Below, piece by piece: positions 63,267 through 64,000 of a stretch of DNA of 64,000 nt. This stretch comes from Octopus bimaculoides (taxonomy: Eukaryota), in assembly GCF_001194135.2 (NCBI RefSeq), contig NC_068990.1, positions 78,419,356-78,483,355 on the forward strand. Reading direction: 5' to 3'. Position 1 is the stretch's first letter; each line of letters opens with the position of its first letter. The position numbers and the translations under genes are program-made. The notes beneath the pieces were generated by a model, which saw nothing but the letters and a program-made list of their open reading frames with translations, was not told where the DNA came from and searched no databases.

Positions 63267-63567
63267 NNNNNNNNNNNNNNNNNNNNNNNNNNNNNNNNNN
63301 NNNNNNNNNNNNNNNNNNNNNNNNNNNNNNNNNNNNNNNNNNNNNNNNNNNNNNNNNNNNNNNNNNNNNNNNNNNNNNNNNNNNNNNNNNNNNNNNNNNN
63401 NNNNNNNNNNNNNNNNNNNNNNNNNNNNNNNNNNNNNNNNNNNNNNNNNNNNNNNNNNNNNNNNNNNNNNNNNNNNNNNNNNNNNNNNNNNNNNNNNNNN
63501 NNNNNNNNNNNNNNNNNNNNNNNNNNNNNNNNNNNNNNNNNNNNNNNNNNNNNNNNNNNNNNNNNNT

Positions 63568-63978
63568 AAGCAGATGCTATAGGGGGAACTTGTGAATGGA
63601 AGGAGACTCCGGCAGAAACCAAGGCTGCGATTTAAGGACTGTGTCAAGTCCTCATTAAAGGCCTGTGATATGCAGGAGACTGACTGGGAGAGCAATGCCT
63701 GTCATCGCCACAGATGAAGGAAGCAGGTTAAGGAGGTGGGGGCGACACTTTTGAGAGAGAGCATGTATCCAGCATGAAGAACTTAAGCGTGCTGCTTGAA
63801 AGTGCACTGCTGGTGCAGTGAATGGGGAAAGCTTGGTCTGCAATATTTGCAGTCGTGTATGCTTGTCAAGAGTAGGGCTCATTAGCCACCAATGGAAAAT
63901 ATAAGTTAGTCCTAGAGTGCACAATGCTCCTGAAGGTCAGCAATGGTCTTCCTCAGTCACGAGTGGACAGACATCATA
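63568..63978 (+). mobile_element. RTE-type LINE 3' end with C-terminal C2H2-like motif
   Basis: KQML.GEL.NGRR...KPRLRFKDCVKSSLK...WE and CNICSRVCLSRVGLISH. Confidence 0.8.
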
Positions 63979-64000
63979 TATATATATATATATATATATA

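Overview
Eukaryotic, AT-rich, microsatellite- and transposon-dense genomic DNA with five N gaps. The repeat families suggest an octopus genome; this is inferred, not proven. The window carries the 5' coding half of one large minus-strand gene, a PTPN4/PTP-MEG (Ptpmeg)-type FERM-domain tyrosine phosphatase. I traced 11 phase-consistent GT-AG coding exons from 59397 down to 716 (1055 nt, about 351 codons). They cover the whole FERM domain and FERM-adjacent region, and the gene continues beyond position 1. The introns hold mariner, RTE, CR1/L2-like, Penelope-like (PLE), Gypsy, hAT-MITE and at least three tRNA-derived SINE families. Top observations: (1) an intact type I hammerhead ribozyme core on the pre-mRNA strand (8942-9030); (2) a 373-bp fold-back element with 99-bp arms that encloses a second hammerhead with one core mutation (43045-43417); (3) a probable 81-nt in-frame cassette exon in the 27-kb intron (19745-19825); (4) a Gypsy remnant whose primer-binding position is complementary to its own LTR, suggesting self-priming; (5) several fold-backs, a templated insertion, and inverted mariner ends bracketing a coding exon. 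Everything was read by eye. Family assignments rest on remembered motifs and need database confirmation. Coordinates of degraded repeats are approximate.
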